64,000 nucleotides of DNA from assembly GCA_001949185.1 (NCBI GenBank), contig BDGG01000001.1, positions 859,153 to 923,152 on the forward strand, given 5' to 3'. Within the stretch, counting starts at the first letter, position 1, and every line of letters begins with the position of its first letter. Source of the stretch: Ramazzottius varieornatus (Eukaryota; Animalia; Tardigrada). Of the stretch, positions 11,374-25,313 are shown one piece after another. The translations under genes and the position numbers were made by a program. Below the pieces are notes generated by a model, which was not told the DNA's origin, did no database searches, and worked only from the letters and a program-made list of their open reading frames with translations.

Positions 11374-14300
11374 TTACGCAAGGGCAGTTTCAACTAGTGA
11401 CTGTTTGATTAATTCTCCAAAGTCCAAGTCTTCAACGTCGTGTGTGCGGTCCGACACGGAAGAGTCCCGACTGGAAGCTTCTGACGAGGGACTGGAGTCT
11501 GAGTAGTGGCCATCGGCAGCTAGCTGAGGATAGGGCAGAGCTGCGGCAGGGCAGGCAAAGTCTCCGTTATGCTGAGAATACTCGTGAGGTGGCGAGATCA
11601 TGTGCTGGCTATAAGCTGCTTCCGGGTAGCCACACTGATATCCATAGGGCATGCATCCCTCCACCGGTCCATTCGTGGCAATTTCCGGTACCGAACTACA
11701 ACACACAAAGGTTAACATCAGGTTTCCCTCGTGGCTGTTTGATTGGCGTCATGCCGGGTACCCTCAATAACTTTTTCTCGTACCTCAAATCATGCTCAGA
11801 ATAACTTGGCTGGTGCAGGTTGTAGTAGTGGTAGTTGGGCTGCGACATCGTCCTCGTTGTGGAGAAGCTTTCGATGGACATGGACATGTTGGTCGACTGC
11901 AAGTGATAGCTGCCGGAAGTCGTGACGGAGGATCGTTCCACGGAATACTCGCACTGCAAACCATATATAACGCTGACAAAAAAGTGCGCAGTCAATGTTT
12001 CAGTAAGGCGCGTCGACCCAGTGAAGCCGATAAGCGTACCTGCGTCGAAGGAAGCTGTCCATAGGTGTCGCTTCCGTAATGCCGCGTACCGTCCTGAGTA
12101 TCGTAGTTTAAGGCCGGTTGCGAGTAGGACTGTTGCATAAAGTGGCCATTGGTTGTCGCTGCCATACCCTGGTTGGTGACCCGTTCGGTCGTGATGGAAC
12201 ACTCGGATGAGGTTGTGGTGCTGCTGCTGCTGGCCATCCGGGATACTGTGTTGAGGTAGTGCGTCTTGACTCGCGCCGGGTTGAATTCCACCCGTCCGCT
12301 TTCGTTGCCGCATCCTTCTTTCGTACATCCACATGGATACGAGTATCGATCCACCTACCAGACAAAAAACGTGCAGAACGGAATTGGACAACTGTGAACC
12401 ACACAAGTATCTTATGTAGGTGGCGCTCCTGTGCTAGGCTGTCTTGTAAGCGATAATAGCGTCTGCTGATTCCTGCAAATAATTTTGTGCGACGTTTGAT
12501 GTCAACGGGACAATTAAATTCCCATGCCACCATGCTGCTCCCATTCACAGCTCTCTCACGGGATTCTGTTCGTAGCCGTATGCCTTACACAAAGGAACAG
12601 AAAGGAAGCAGCTCATGCTTAAGCGCATCCCAACACCCATTATGCGATAGCTTTCCCGCTCTGGATGATGGAGAAGAAACCCCCATCGATTGTGCAAGAG
12701 GCAAAACAGCGATTACAGGCAAAGCCGCTCCGAACGTCGCGTTGACCAACTCACACAGTCATCAAGTGCATGCTTAGCCTTACTGTTGGCTGTCAGCGTC
12801 ATTTATCGATTCACTGCCGGTAAAACCCATGTTATGCCCTGTCGACATCAGAAGAGCATCGACAAGTAGGGCCATTGTGTGGATGGACTTTCCCGTTGAA
12901 CTGCATCAACTCACAATCCGCCGTCAAACAGCCCCCGAAAAGTATCCCATAATTCAATCATTCTGGGACACACAAAACGCCTCGATAGTCATCGTAATGT
13001 GTGTATTAACCTTCCCAAAGCCGGTAACCGCGCGACAAAGCTTCTGAAATGAAGCCTGACGACTTGCAAATACATGAGATTCTCGCCCCTATCATATTTA
13101 ACAATCTTCAAAAACTTTGACAATGAAAATATAGCTTTCTCTATCTCGTTGTCAAGACTCTTCGCACTGCGGTCTAATTGAAAGCCTGACAAAATGATTT
13201 CGGAATGCAGTTCATAAAGTAAATTATTGACACTGTAATGACAATTATCATACGATGGCTGATTAAGGCCAATTATCCTCATTGAAACATGTGTTCCAAT
13301 TTGACCCTTAATAAAGATACTATGAAGGTAGAATGAGGTCTTCGGACGGTCGCAGCTCAGTAGCGTCTTGCATTAATGTATTCTCTCAACGATTATCTTC
13401 ATTTTTTAAGATCGCCGACAGTGCCGCTCAACCGGTGAAATCAGCACCTTTTTGACCTTTTGGTTACCAAAACTGTTACGAAATTAGTTCAATAATACAC
13501 TGCGGTATTTGTGGTAAATCTTTGCTTTTCTGGAGAACCGACTCTGGGTGGATGAAAATTGCTGGGAGGAATGCGAGGCGATTTGCCACGTTTAGACTAT
13601 CAGATAAGAGCTCTGTTACTGAGCCGGCTTGCAGCAGATGTTCGGTGTAAAAGGCTGACGAGTGCGGAATTACAAATCAATATCTTCCGTCCGTAGATTT
13701 ACACCAAACTCTGGCGCTGTTGCCTCTCCAGTAGGCAGGGCATAAGGAGATAGGCAGTCTTCAGAAACATCATCGACGGCCTTTTTTTCTGCCTTCCTGC
13801 CTCCCTTCCAGCCCGGCTTTGTCCTCTCGGAGCCGGTTAACAAGCTGTGCCGATCGGCCTAAACAGGGCCACTTTCCCTGCATATAGCCGCCATGCCAGC
13901 TTTGCAATTTAACCATCATAAAGTGGAGGCGATGCATTGCGAAGCAGTGTGATGCGCTTCACGATGGAAAGAGAGGGTGTCCTGACCCTAAAATAACCGC
14001 CACTGTGCCGCCACGCGTGCCATCTCCGCAACATAAACACGTGTAGCAAAACGTCCTAATATCCCTTTCCGGTCCCCCTCTCCCACCAGACTCGGTTGGC
14101 AACAAAGAGAAAAAGATAGATAAATGTGACGGGGCCTTTTATACCTTCATAATGGGTTCGCCAAGATACACGGAAGGTTTGTCGAATTTTTCTATAAAAT
14201 TTCCGCGGGTGTTACTGTTGGAAATAGACTGAATAAGTTGGACACCGTACAGGTCGTGCTCCGACATGGTTGGTTTCATGCGCTTGCAGGATGGGAAAAG

Positions 14301-17300
14301 CGACTATTGAATGATGCCGTACTTGTAAGATGGTACTTACTTGGCACTTGATCTTGTTTATGCTGCAACTACACTCATCCGGATTGCACACTGTTTGACA
14401 CTGGCATCCACAAGCTACAAAGATGACCACCATTAGTCTATAACATACCGATATGCGAATTACGATATTCAGGTTACCATGATCGGTGATCTATTTACCA
14501 AGACCAACCAAGTTAGATACAGTTGGGCTGGCATTTACCTTCTCGAGAGACGCGAATAAACTGGCAGTCTTGCCGTTCGCTATTGTCCACTTGGCATCCG
14601 GCTTCCCTCAACAGGCTTCTCCGTTGACGGATAGAGATGGAAACCGGAAAGGAAATTCCCTCTTCGTACTCTTCTTCCAGCTCTTCCTCAGATTCCCCTT
14701 CATCTTCCCCTTCCTCCTCTCCCGAGACCTCTTCGTCCTCCTCTCCTTCGTCCACGTCCTCGTCGGAATGTTCTTCTTCCAAAACTATTTGCTGTTGCTG
14801 CTGCTGCTGTTGTTGAATATACTGCATCCTTCTCGAACGGCATTCTTGCTCGTGCTGCGTCAGCGTAACGTTCCTCATTTCCGAATGCTCTCTTTTCATC
14901 CCTGAAATGCTTTTTATTATATTTCCATCACACGCCTCAATACTTTCTTTTTAGAAGACAAAACCGCGAAGAGCTCGTCAGGGTATTATAGCCATGTATT
15001 ACACTCACCCAGTGTTACACCGCCGGCACTGGGCACGCAAGTGAAGCCTTGCTGACGGGGAAAGAGATAGACCGTGACGTCAGACCAGCGTACAGATTTC
15101 TTCCGTTTGGGTTCGTTGAGTGGGTGGCCGCTTAGGGCTTCCGTAGTGGCGCAGGCTGTAAAGAGCGGAAAGCCGATGGTTACATAAATTATCATTGTTG
15201 GCTGAACAAGGCGGGAAATTAGTGTCTTTATATTGGCTAATAAGAACCGTGTCACTAATAGAGCCGATTACATTCCGGTTAGTGGCACTCTGGCCACCAC
15301 CACAAACGCCGCTATCATATGGCTTTCTCCCCACTGTCACCATACGCTTCTCAATGATTAGTTACCCACTAGTAATCTTGCCCCCACTTTTGCCACTTGA
15401 CACCATCCACAGCGGAAACTTCTCCGGAAAACGCGTTCTTCCGTCAGGAACTCGGTTTGGCCGTTTCGAAAGGCTCGCTCCTTCAAACAACTGTGAATTT
15501 GTTCTTGATAAATTTGTTGCGTGTAAGTGTTTTTCGGGAGATTGTTTCGGGTTTTATCTCTGTGTTACCAACCAGTATGTTTTTCTTATTGTTTGATCTT
15601 GAGAAATGCTGGTGTGAAATCATGAGGCAATAAACAAGCGGACAGTAATTTGAGTAAGGTAAAAACCCCATGTATGGTTCATGTAATGTAACGAACAGCA
15701 AAGAAGTGCATGTTATGGTAAAGGCCCATCGCAGCCACTTCGCATGTTTGACATACTCAACGTGTGCTCAGCAGTCACTATTAAACTTTAGTTGTGCTTT
15801 GATTCTCTATCCATCGCTTACAACACCCAATGCGACACTGAAGCCGCTCCATCGCTGTTATGCTACTTTAACTCTGCTGGTGAGCTGTCTTGCTTGTGGT
15901 CGCCTTTCGACGTCGTCCTTAAATGCCTGGCCTCAACAAAAACTCGTTTGCCAGCCATTTTTGTTTAAACAAGCACAACGCGCATTACACGCTGCTTTCT
16001 GATCAGCAGCAATGCGCACTCAAGCTTGTAGAATAACATAAATTTACCTCGTACATACATTGTAAACTTCCTGAACTTTTTTTGCTCCCAGTTTCCCCTT
16101 GTCAATTTTTCTCGAAAAATCGAAAACCTCCAAGGCAGATGAGAAAAATCTTTTTTTTTACTTCGGCTAAATAAGACAGTTTGGTCACCTTCCCAGCCAC
16201 TCGAAATTCTTATAGTCAGTTTGGGCACCTCAGCTAAAAAATATTATGGGAATCAGTGATGAATTCTTGTTGGATTTTGTATCAAGATCCGCATATTGGG
16301 TATATGAAGCACTTTGCCAGCCATCAAGCGCTTGACACGTTCAAGGCCACATGTCTTTAGAGACAGAATAGACTTTGAGCTTTGGCTGAAAGGCAGCTGT
16401 GCTTGGTGGTGTTCCAACTTGTTAGAAGGCTAACAAGTCTCACTCTGCGTTTGGCCACTCTGTGCTCTGTAGGCCGATTATGACAAAATGGTATTAGCCG
16501 GGGAAAAGAAGCTTGTTGGTATACGGAACATTTAAAGGCGTCAGTGATTCATTACCAGTTATGACAACAGGCCGGTATGCGGCCTGACTGCTGACATGTC
16601 AGGCTTGCACAGATTATTCCATTACAGACCATTACACGTCGCGCTTGTTTTCTCTTGCGGGCTCGAAACACTCGCACTTGCCGTGCTCCATTTTGATCTG
16701 GCTTTCGGCTCTTCAGCGACACTCATACAGACACAAACTAACAATTTGTGGTCAAGTTGAGCCTTCGACATCCTAACCAGTTCCGTCTGTCAATAGCGTG
16801 CAACGCCAACACCCACAAAAACGATCCTTGGTGCATAACCCCGAGAAAACTCGACTGTTTTGTTTATCGAAACATTTTCTTTCAATTTCCCAAGAATGTC
16901 TTCATTAATCAAGAATGAAAGTCAGAGGACCATTTTTGAGGCATCAACAAGCTTAAGTCCGCATGATGGATCATTTGAAGAAAAAGATTTATGGCATATG
17001 ACCCGTAAATTCTATCATAGTTTTTCATCGTCATCATACACGCGTCTCATAAGCGTCAGACAGGTTGGATCAGTCTGTGATTGGATAACGTGGAATATAT
17101 GCTTGATCTCTTGCATACAGCTGGCAAAAACAGCGAATTAGTGATGGTTAGCGGCTGATATCAACACCCCTTCATACTGCATTATTGAGGGCACAGACGA
17201 AGAATGTTAAATACCGGCCTAGCCTTCCTCCCCTACCGCCTAGCCTAACTGCTACCGTTATTCATTCAACAGCCACAATTTGATATATCCTCATCTGCCT

Positions 17301-17817
17301 ATTGACATGCTTGTGAGCCACCATACAATGGCGCCCCTTCATCGACACTTCTCTGCTTCAGTCACTACATCCACTGCTAGATTCGACGATGACTTACCCA
17401 CCCATAAAAATTCCTTTGTCATATGAAATGACGATTAACGTCTTATTTCTAACTAAACTCTGAAAATTTAGTCTGTAAAATCAGGTTTAAAATAATTATC
17501 CCATTTTAATTTAACATGAGAAAACCACGGTACAGACGTTTGAGTTGTTGCTCTGATTTTAGAAAAGGAGCGAGTTTCTTTTTATAGCAGTAATTACCGT
17601 TTGATGTGGAGGGATTATCCGCGCCGCTTTCATCTGTTGGCTTGAGTAGCATCTCCCGGCTCTTTTCCGGTGTTGTCAAGGAGGTCTCCGCCGTTTCACT
17701 CCTCTCTGCCTCCTCTGCCCTCCCGCTCTGCGAGGTTAGGACGGAGGGGCTGCATTGCGTCGTCTCCTGAGAGGCTTCCTCGCATTGCAACGCATCCTGG
17801 AGCTTCCGTTTAGGCAT
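11374..17817 (-). CDS. CSRNP: Cysteine/serine-rich nuclear protein (CSRNP/Axud1 family)
   Basis: Spliced exons give MPKRK..., [93 protein letters not shown] and the C-terminus [12 protein letters not shown]; includes poly-Q and acidic tracts. Confidence 0.95.
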
Positions 17818-19587
17818 GTCGATGCGATACACGCACGACGCAAGCAGTCAACAGTTCCTCGACAAAGACCGACAGAGTCAAGAGACAGGCTTCGTTGCAA
17901 TGTTGTTCAGATTGACGGGAGATCACGCCTGGATGCTGGCGCACACAGAGTGCCCCAGTGGAAAGAGCGACGAGACCCAGCTTTGCTCTCCGATAAGACT
18001 CAAATGGGAGCAGTTATCGGATCGACAAGTGAGCTAGGCTATAGGCGGATGGCGTACTCCGGCTACAAACAAACAAAGCGTCAAAACACGATAATACAGT
18101 GGCCAATGGTACATTGTAGCGATAATAGTGTTGGAGCAAGCGCCAGCGGTCCTTGACATTCTGCAGCTGCTGGTGAGCCTATCTAGCCTCCTTGCCTCGC
18201 TGCTGGGCTGCAACTTTGTGCCTCTGAAAGATTTATGCGGCTTTTAATGTGGACAGACTGTGGGTTAAAGTGATTGAGAGAAACACAGATAGAGACACAA
18301 GGAATCTAGCCTCTCTTCACTCTTACACTAAAATGGTGGATCACAGCACTAGCAGCCATAGCTCAAACTTGAACTGGCGCGTCAAGCAAAGCTGCTCTGC
18401 TTCAAAGGCGCAAACCACACGCCACACATTGGGCCAAAGGAAAAATCGTCTTTGACGGCTATCGGAGCCTGAGACATACTTAAGTATAACATAACAGACA
18501 TGCACAATCAGGATCCGATGGTGTTGGGCTGTTTGAGAAAAATGATGTATAGGCTGATATGTGTTACATAGTTGAGCGGCAAGGACCAGCACCAGTGACG
18601 TTTTGTACCATGGCTTAAGCTGTTTCACACTGTGCGCAACAAATTAAGTTTAAAAAGGCGGCCAACCCTGTAATATTTGGAGTTATGCACGATATTCAAA
18701 ACCCTTCCCACTAGAAGACTCAGCACGAGTCTTCTGGTGAGAAGCCAACATGTTATTCTCACACATGATACAAATTTCCCTGTTTCAATTCCAGCCACTT
18801 TTAGCCAGAGGAAATTAAACTCGTACAATCGACCAGCTCGTTATCGGTTCTTCCAATAGCACAACTCGCGTTGAGTAGGATGAAGAAAAACTAGTAAACG
18901 AGCCCGTTTCTTCATGAGAAAAAACGTGAACATACCTGAGGTTGAAGTGCAGTGATCAATTGGGCATTTGCGTCAGTTGACATGGGGGACGAAATCAGAT
19001 CAGATCAGGAAGTGTGGAGATGGCCACTGTGACGGGAGAGGGCGAATACTGTATATATTTGTAGCGTTTCAGCCCTTTGACTGGGACTAATTTGCAAGCC
19101 GTCAATTCTCCTCTATCTTCCCGTTGGCTTCCGTCACTGATGGGCATTAAACACCGAACATGAGCTTGGCTGCAAGTTAAGGCTGGAAGTTGGGCTGTCC
19201 CGGTGTACACATACAATCGACTGCGATAATGCTCATCAATGTTGATTAGATCAATATACTCTCAGCCCTCCCCTGACTCAACTGACTGCTGCTATACACG
19301 CTATTCGACTCCACCACTTTCACCCCCACTATACCATCTACCCGGTACCGTACGGCGTGCACGCTGTCGACGGAGGGGATATAATATATAGAAACACTTT
19401 AGCCTAGCTCTGTACTGCGCCGCGCTGGCTGTTAGAAACGAATAAAGCGAATAAAGTGAACCAACTGGTTATGTATGGCCTCCTTCCTATCGTTCTCTAT
19501 CGTATCTCTCGCAAACTCCAACAGCAACAGCATGTTTTGTAAAGACATGGGGAAAAACATACACTCTGATGTATGCGGTAGCCCAAA

Positions 19588-19630
19588 CTCTCTCTCTCTC
19601 TCTCGATCTCTCTTGATCTCTCTCTTTCTC
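19588..19630. repeat. (CT)n microsatellite upstream of CSRNP
   Basis: CTCTCTCTCTCTCTCTC followed by interrupted CT units. Confidence 0.7.
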
Positions 19631-21683
19631 GACGAGACGACGTCACTGCGACCAATCATTCAACATCTCCGTGCAATTCGGCAAACGGGCTTCCTGCACG
19701 AAATCCGTCGACGAGGTTTTTCGCCACGAAATTTCAGATTTTCCTCCTGTCACGTTGCCTAGAAAAGCCGCAAATTCTGCGTAGGCTCATACGGAACAGT
19801 TTTCTTTCGCCTTGTGCTGAACGAAGAACTTTGAACGAAGAAGCGCTGACGTCTGCTGATACAAGAAGGTTTGACTGTGCCTGTACGCTGTGTGTGTGCG
19901 TGTGTGTATGGAGGCATTAGCGTATTGAATTGCAACTTGCGAACAATCCGTCGGTATGATTTGCGAGGAAACGGGCCAGTTTTCTTGGCTCTCTGACACT
20001 CTATACCCGCCGGTCGGGCCTCTCTGGCTATCACCAAGCATCTCAGTTCTAACTTGAGCTTTAATACGATCATCATGGCAAAGTAGTCACTGTGCGCTCG
20101 TTGGCTTCGCCACTTGAACTCGTTGTCACACCTGCAAAGCCCCGCGATGAGAAGCCAAAACGCGCAAATCCGTGATGCCTTCTGACAGAAAGCCGACAAG
20201 CAATCTTCACACACAACAATCGAACCGTCTTTTCCTGATGGAAAAAAAGATACTTTGACACATTTTGATCGATGATTTCATCTCAATCATACTTTCTCCA
20301 ACAGGCCAAAATTCAATTTTTGGCATAGTGTAAACAGGCGTGGTCAAATAACATATGCCTGTCTTTCATGAAGTTTGCGGTTACGGCAAGTTATACAAAA
20401 CCGGTCTATTGTTTCAGGGCATACCTATCATAATTCATTTGAAGTTGAGTGTCTGCAGCGTTTTTGCCGCCTGGTGACTACAGTCTATGGCGAAAATTTA
20501 TCGCTGGTTGTACTCAAGTCCAACTATCAAGTCCAACTTGTGACAGTACATCTGCCGGGCTTGTCAGACTTTCAGCCACCGCTAAGCCTCACTCCTTCGA
20601 ATACCGGGACAGTATGGCCTACTCAACAACAAACACGGCAAACAATTCACAGCTCAAGCTGGCCTCACTTCCGCCCGCAGCCGCCCCTTTTTTATCAGCT
20701 TATCCCGGCAGATGTGTCAGCTATATTTAGCCCACGCTGCATCTTTGTTATCAACTCAATGAGATTCTCCATATGAGACACTGCCGCTAAATAAAGCAGC
20801 GTATCACGCGATCAAAATCCTTAGCTTGCCGCACCGCAGAATTAATTCGAAATGAATATGATATATGTGACATGCTTTCGGTGCGGTAGAGTAAAGACGA
20901 AGAAAAAAAAAGACAAGTGGAGTGACGGCTTTAGTGGGTCTTCGGACGCGTGTAGCATTTACGCATGTGTGGCAGTGGTGATGTAGCATAGGCAGGGGTA
21001 TAATCGTCCATAAGTTGTGGTGCTGATTGAGCGCATCTGTGAGTATGCTTGACGTCAAGGCATCCGATGGGAAAAGATGGCACTCAAGGCATGCGGGATG
21101 TACAGTGTACTACAGCCTGCAATAATAATACTCGCTCGCTCGATAACCGATCCGCTGGCGACCTGGGCGGAAGTTGAAAGTGGAGTAATGCCGCACCCAT
21201 GACAGTGCCGCCGTCTGGTGCGGGGACCGCGCAACTTGCCCATGCGGTTCAGTGTTTACAGCTCAACTGTGGGTGCAGAACAGCTGATCAGTTCATCTTG
21301 GTATAGACTTCCGTCTTCTGCTACATTCCCTTCCGGGCGTTCTTTTGGACTTTCCTTTCCAGACATCTTTTGCCTCTTGTGTCCTACTGTATCATCCCGT
21401 ATGCGCTACACTTCTTTCTTCCTGGCTGAAGGAGAGCAATCGTTCCTTTGTGCTGTTCCTTCCCCCATGAAAATGTACATACGTATTAATATCTCGTCCT
21501 GGATGAGTAAGACAGCATGTAAGAAGTTGCATTGCAATGCTCACGAAAGCTGATGTTGGTCAGAACCGTAGCTTCATCCGCAATCTTCCTATTGCTCATT
21601 GCAGGAATCGATTGTGGACTGGCTTAATATGCGCTTCACTTTGACGAATCCGTTACCTAATTCCAGCCGACTGGTCAACAAGA

Positions 21684-22433
21684 ATGACTAGTCCACCCAT
21701 ATACCTACACGACGTGGCCGAATTTCTTCGTCACGAGCTATCCGTGGAACGATTCACCAAAGCCGAACAAGGAGGCATCCATCGCCGATCAATGCGGTCA
21801 ATACGGCGGATCGGACTGGCCCTCGAGCCCTTCCCCGGCATCGGCGACTGGGTCCGTCAGGAACAGCTGGACGTCCTCTGGCTACACCGACATTGGCAGC
21901 TGGACATGAAGAGCCTGCCAGCAGATGTCGGCCTCATATGCCACCACCTGCCCTTCGACGAAGCCTTGACCATCGGTTACAACGCACACTTGGCGAAGGC
22001 ACTGAAAGACGCCGCTCCGCTGGAACCATTGGGGTACAAAGAGGATGACCGGGATAAGTCGTTACCTCCACGCCCCATCGGCATGATCTTCGATGTCGAG
22101 CAGTTGGACTATTCCGCGTACTTGACCTTTATCACAGCGATGTTTAAAGGATACGAGCGACTGGATGCCGGCAAGAGTACGACCATCTCGCGTCTTGCTG
22201 TGGTGGGCGCCATGACGGACGTTCTTGTTCGTCAAGCTGCTCAACGCGGTGCGCAATTGTACCTGACAGGCGCCTATCGCAAGGCGGGTGAGCTAGCGGT
22301 TAAGGAAACGGGGATTGCTGTGATTGCTGTAGGTCATCTTCGTTGCGAAGTATGGGGTCTGTACGCGCTGGCCAAGATGTTGGAAGAAAGATGGCCGACC
22401 ATCGAATGCGTCGTCCGTGAACCTACTTCCTAG
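21684..22433 (+). CDS. NIF3/Nif3-like dinuclear metal-centre protein, bacterial type, intronless CDS
   Basis: 249-aa ORF with RIGLALEP, LWLHR, HHLPFDE..TIGYN, LAVVGAMT, LYLTG and VIAVGHLRCEVWGL (NIF3 metal-ligand H..D and GH..E motifs). Confidence 0.85.
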   Translation: MTSPPIYLHDVAEFLRHELSVERFTKAEQGGIHRRSMRSIRRIGLALEPFPGIGDWVRQEQLDVLWLHRHWQLDMKSLPADVGLICHHLPFDEALTIGYNAHLAKALKDAAPLEPLGYKEDDRDKSLPPRPIGMIFDVEQLDYSAYLTFITAMFKGYERLDAGKSTTISRLAVVGAMTDVLVRQAAQRGAQLYLTGAYRKAGELAVKETGIAVIAVGHLRCEVWGLYALAKMLEERWPTIECVVREPTS

Positions 22434-23316
22434 AGGGCATCTTCGACCGTGTTGGAATTAATCGCGGGACCAAATGACATGTGAAGACAGTATTCTAGTT
22501 AGCGATGCGACCCTTGGTAGTTTCATCCGTCGACGAAAATTTCGTGAAGCTAGTGACTTAGTGCTTTTATGTAACAAATACTCTGTACTTAGCTTTCTGA
22601 TCGGAGTGGGATATTGTGGGACTGATTCTGCTGAGTCTCAACCACACGTGTACCATCTCTACATGAAGAAACGAATTGAGGACCACTCATGTTAAAGATG
22701 TACCCTGTTCAAGCTTTGGATCGTATAAAATCGAATCACGTAATGTGTTGGAATAACGCAACAAGCTCATGGGTACTCGCACATCTAGTGGTGTCGGCAC
22801 CAAGTACCTGCAGTCATCAAGTAGCGCGAACTTCATGATCAAGTTCAAAACCCGTCAAGAGCTCGCACCTGGCGCATAATGGCAATGTGAAGGTTGAGCA
22901 CTCTGACAAGTGCAAAATATGGCGTGATATCAATTACCAAGCAAAAAAAACACGATGGTGCCACCGGCTGCAGCAAGAACAGTTTAACCGTGCAAAAAAG
23001 TCTTTTCTTACAGAATGTTTTATACCTTCCGGGCATTTGTCACTTCCGGCTTGTTTCACCTGTTTTCCGTAGAAAATGCACAGAGATGAAAACTTTGGTA
23101 ACTTATCAACAGTTTTCTCTCCTGTAAAGTATGCGACGTTTCATTCCTCCATGAAAACTAGAAAAAGTTATTTCATCATACTTGGAGAGTGTAAATAAGA
23201 TCTGATTCTTGGATACTCCGTGCAAAGCGGCTGGTTAATTGTCTTGTTCAGGAAGCTCTGCTGAAGGAATCTTCGACAGTCTCAGTTATCTACCTTCATA
23301 TATTGGATGCACGAGA

Positions 23317-23945
23317 ATGCCTTCGACTTCCCGGAAGCTGAACCAGTTCGGGAATGAAGCCCACGCAGTTGCTGCCTATATTTCTCTCCGACGATCTTTG
23401 CTGGCTGTTGGCGGGATACAAGTAGCTGTGGGAATAGTTCTCCTTATTGCTGGAATAATCTTGGGTAAGAGTTGTCATCACTTCTACTGCTTGATCCTTA
23501 TTCGCCAGCCTACTTTTTGAGCTGAAGTAAAACACTGTATTTATGCTTCACAGGTTTCGGTATTGCCGGATTCGTAACTCTATCTGTTTTGGTTATCCTC
23601 GGTATTCTCGGGCTGGTAGCCGGTTTCATCAGTCAACCGATTGATGCTCCATTCGTGGTAGCTCGGAGGGTTCGTCGCATTAAAATGATAGCGGGAGGAT
23701 ATATGTTTCTGCTGGCTACCGTGTTCCTGGTCGCAGCAGTGACGTTGGGGTGGGAATTTTGGCAGATGGCGCTGGTTAGTCGCGCTAGAATGGAAGACGG
23801 CGGCGTGATCCTCCATTACCCCTTCGCCAACGCAATTTTGGTTGTGGCCTGTGCGGTCACTATGTTGATAACAATTGTACCACTGTGTGCTTTTGGAATG
23901 GATTTCGGCGAGATGTCAAAGCCGAAGATACCTATGGAGCAGTAA
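23317..23945 (+). CDS. Uncharacterised four-TM membrane protein
   Basis: Exons 23317-23464 and 23554-23945 join in frame across a GT-AG intron; four hydrophobic helices. Confidence 0.7.
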
Positions 23946-25206
23946 AGTGCCCACGTCTTACCGCCAAGATATCTTAATTTCAAAAACACACTGTGTCAAT
24001 ATTTCATTTGCGAATAATTTATCAGTAAACGTACGATAGGAGATTATGAGGCCATAAAAATTATGGGACAGACGGATAAGACCGCAAAATGAAAATTCGA
24101 TCGTTCGGTAGAGAAGAGCAGAAAGTGTGTTAGTGTGAATCAAGCGCGTACCTACGTGCTTCCGTACCGTCGTAGGGAAAGGCATGTCTCATAAATTTAC
24201 TGTCCCATAGTTTTCCACCGTACATGTACCTGTTGAACTAAAGGATAAAAGTGTACAGGGATGCGTGCCTAATGAGTGATGGGCCTGATGGCAGACACTC
24301 AGACAGCGCAATGTTTCCTCTCTATACCAAAGGAAAAAAGAGTACGTAGCAAAGTAATGACCGAAGTGTATTCCGTACTTCCGTTTGGGCCGGACAGGTG
24401 TGCAGGCCGGACAGGTGGACAGGAGTACAGTTATCTCAACCGGCGCATACGTGGTCGAGCGCAGGCTGTGCGTCGGTTCCTAGGATGGTTATGCACGCGC
24501 AAAACTTCGGACTTGGAAATTTCGGGGAGTTGATGAAACTTCATCGCTGTTTGAACACATCCAAATCATACTCTGGAAACAGCTAGTCCCCACTGCCAGA
24601 CCTTGCTGCGCTGAATATCTCTGCTGTTACTGAGCGGCTTCTACATTAGAGAATGCTTTAGATCGTTCGATACTGGTAGGAAAGCTTGACAGCTTTGACA
24701 GCTGATCAAGCTGCACAATCTTAGGCCGAACCTATTTAAACGTTTTCATTACCAGAATAGAACCAAAACGTGCTTGTTGTTCTTTCGTTTTTCCCTTGTT
24801 GAGTTTGCACACGCTTTCCTAGAAGCCCCAATGTTCGAGCACCAAGCACTGGAAAAAATACCTGTCATCTTAAGTTGCGCTATGGTGGAAAAGCATGGCC
24901 AAGTTCTCTTGCACAGCTTCAGATATCTGTTTCAAGACATGGTGCTAATTTTGGTGAAAGCGCTGATTCAGTTTGTAGAAAGATCCCAAGTAATAATCTG
25001 TGAAAGATGAATCTTTGTTTTAATCGACGCTATCTGAACACTATGATTTTCCCAGCACCACAGCTGAACGGAATAACATCGGAAGGATGTGGCAATAAAA
25101 GTTCTGGTTTCGGAAAAGTTGGTCGAACGACAGGGCTAAACGAGAAAATCAGAACAGCCATGAATGCAAGCAAAAGACTTGTCAGAAAGTGGTGTGATAT
25201 TGCGTG

Positions 25207-25313
25207 GCCGACCGTCAGACTGTCATGTCGGACCTCCATCTGACACGACAGCCTGTCAGCCGGCGACCGACTTGGTCTGATCTTTCGACGAAAGACCGAA
25301 CCAAGTCGGTCGC
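25207..25313. repeat. Two abutting inverted repeats (hairpins)
   Basis: CTGTCATGTCGGA / TCTGACACGACAG (25220-25251) and GCGACCGACTTGGT..TCTTTCG / CGAAAGA..ACCAAGTCGGTCGC (25263-25313). Confidence 0.75.

Noticed and set aside
14486-14905. Hydrophobic Leu/Phe-rich + strand ORF
   Set aside because: Antisense shadow of the CSRNP poly-Q/acidic exon.
21684-22433. Bacterial contamination
   Set aside because: A single ORF with no operon, in gap-free animal sequence and with a candidate UTR intron; read-level confirmation is still needed.
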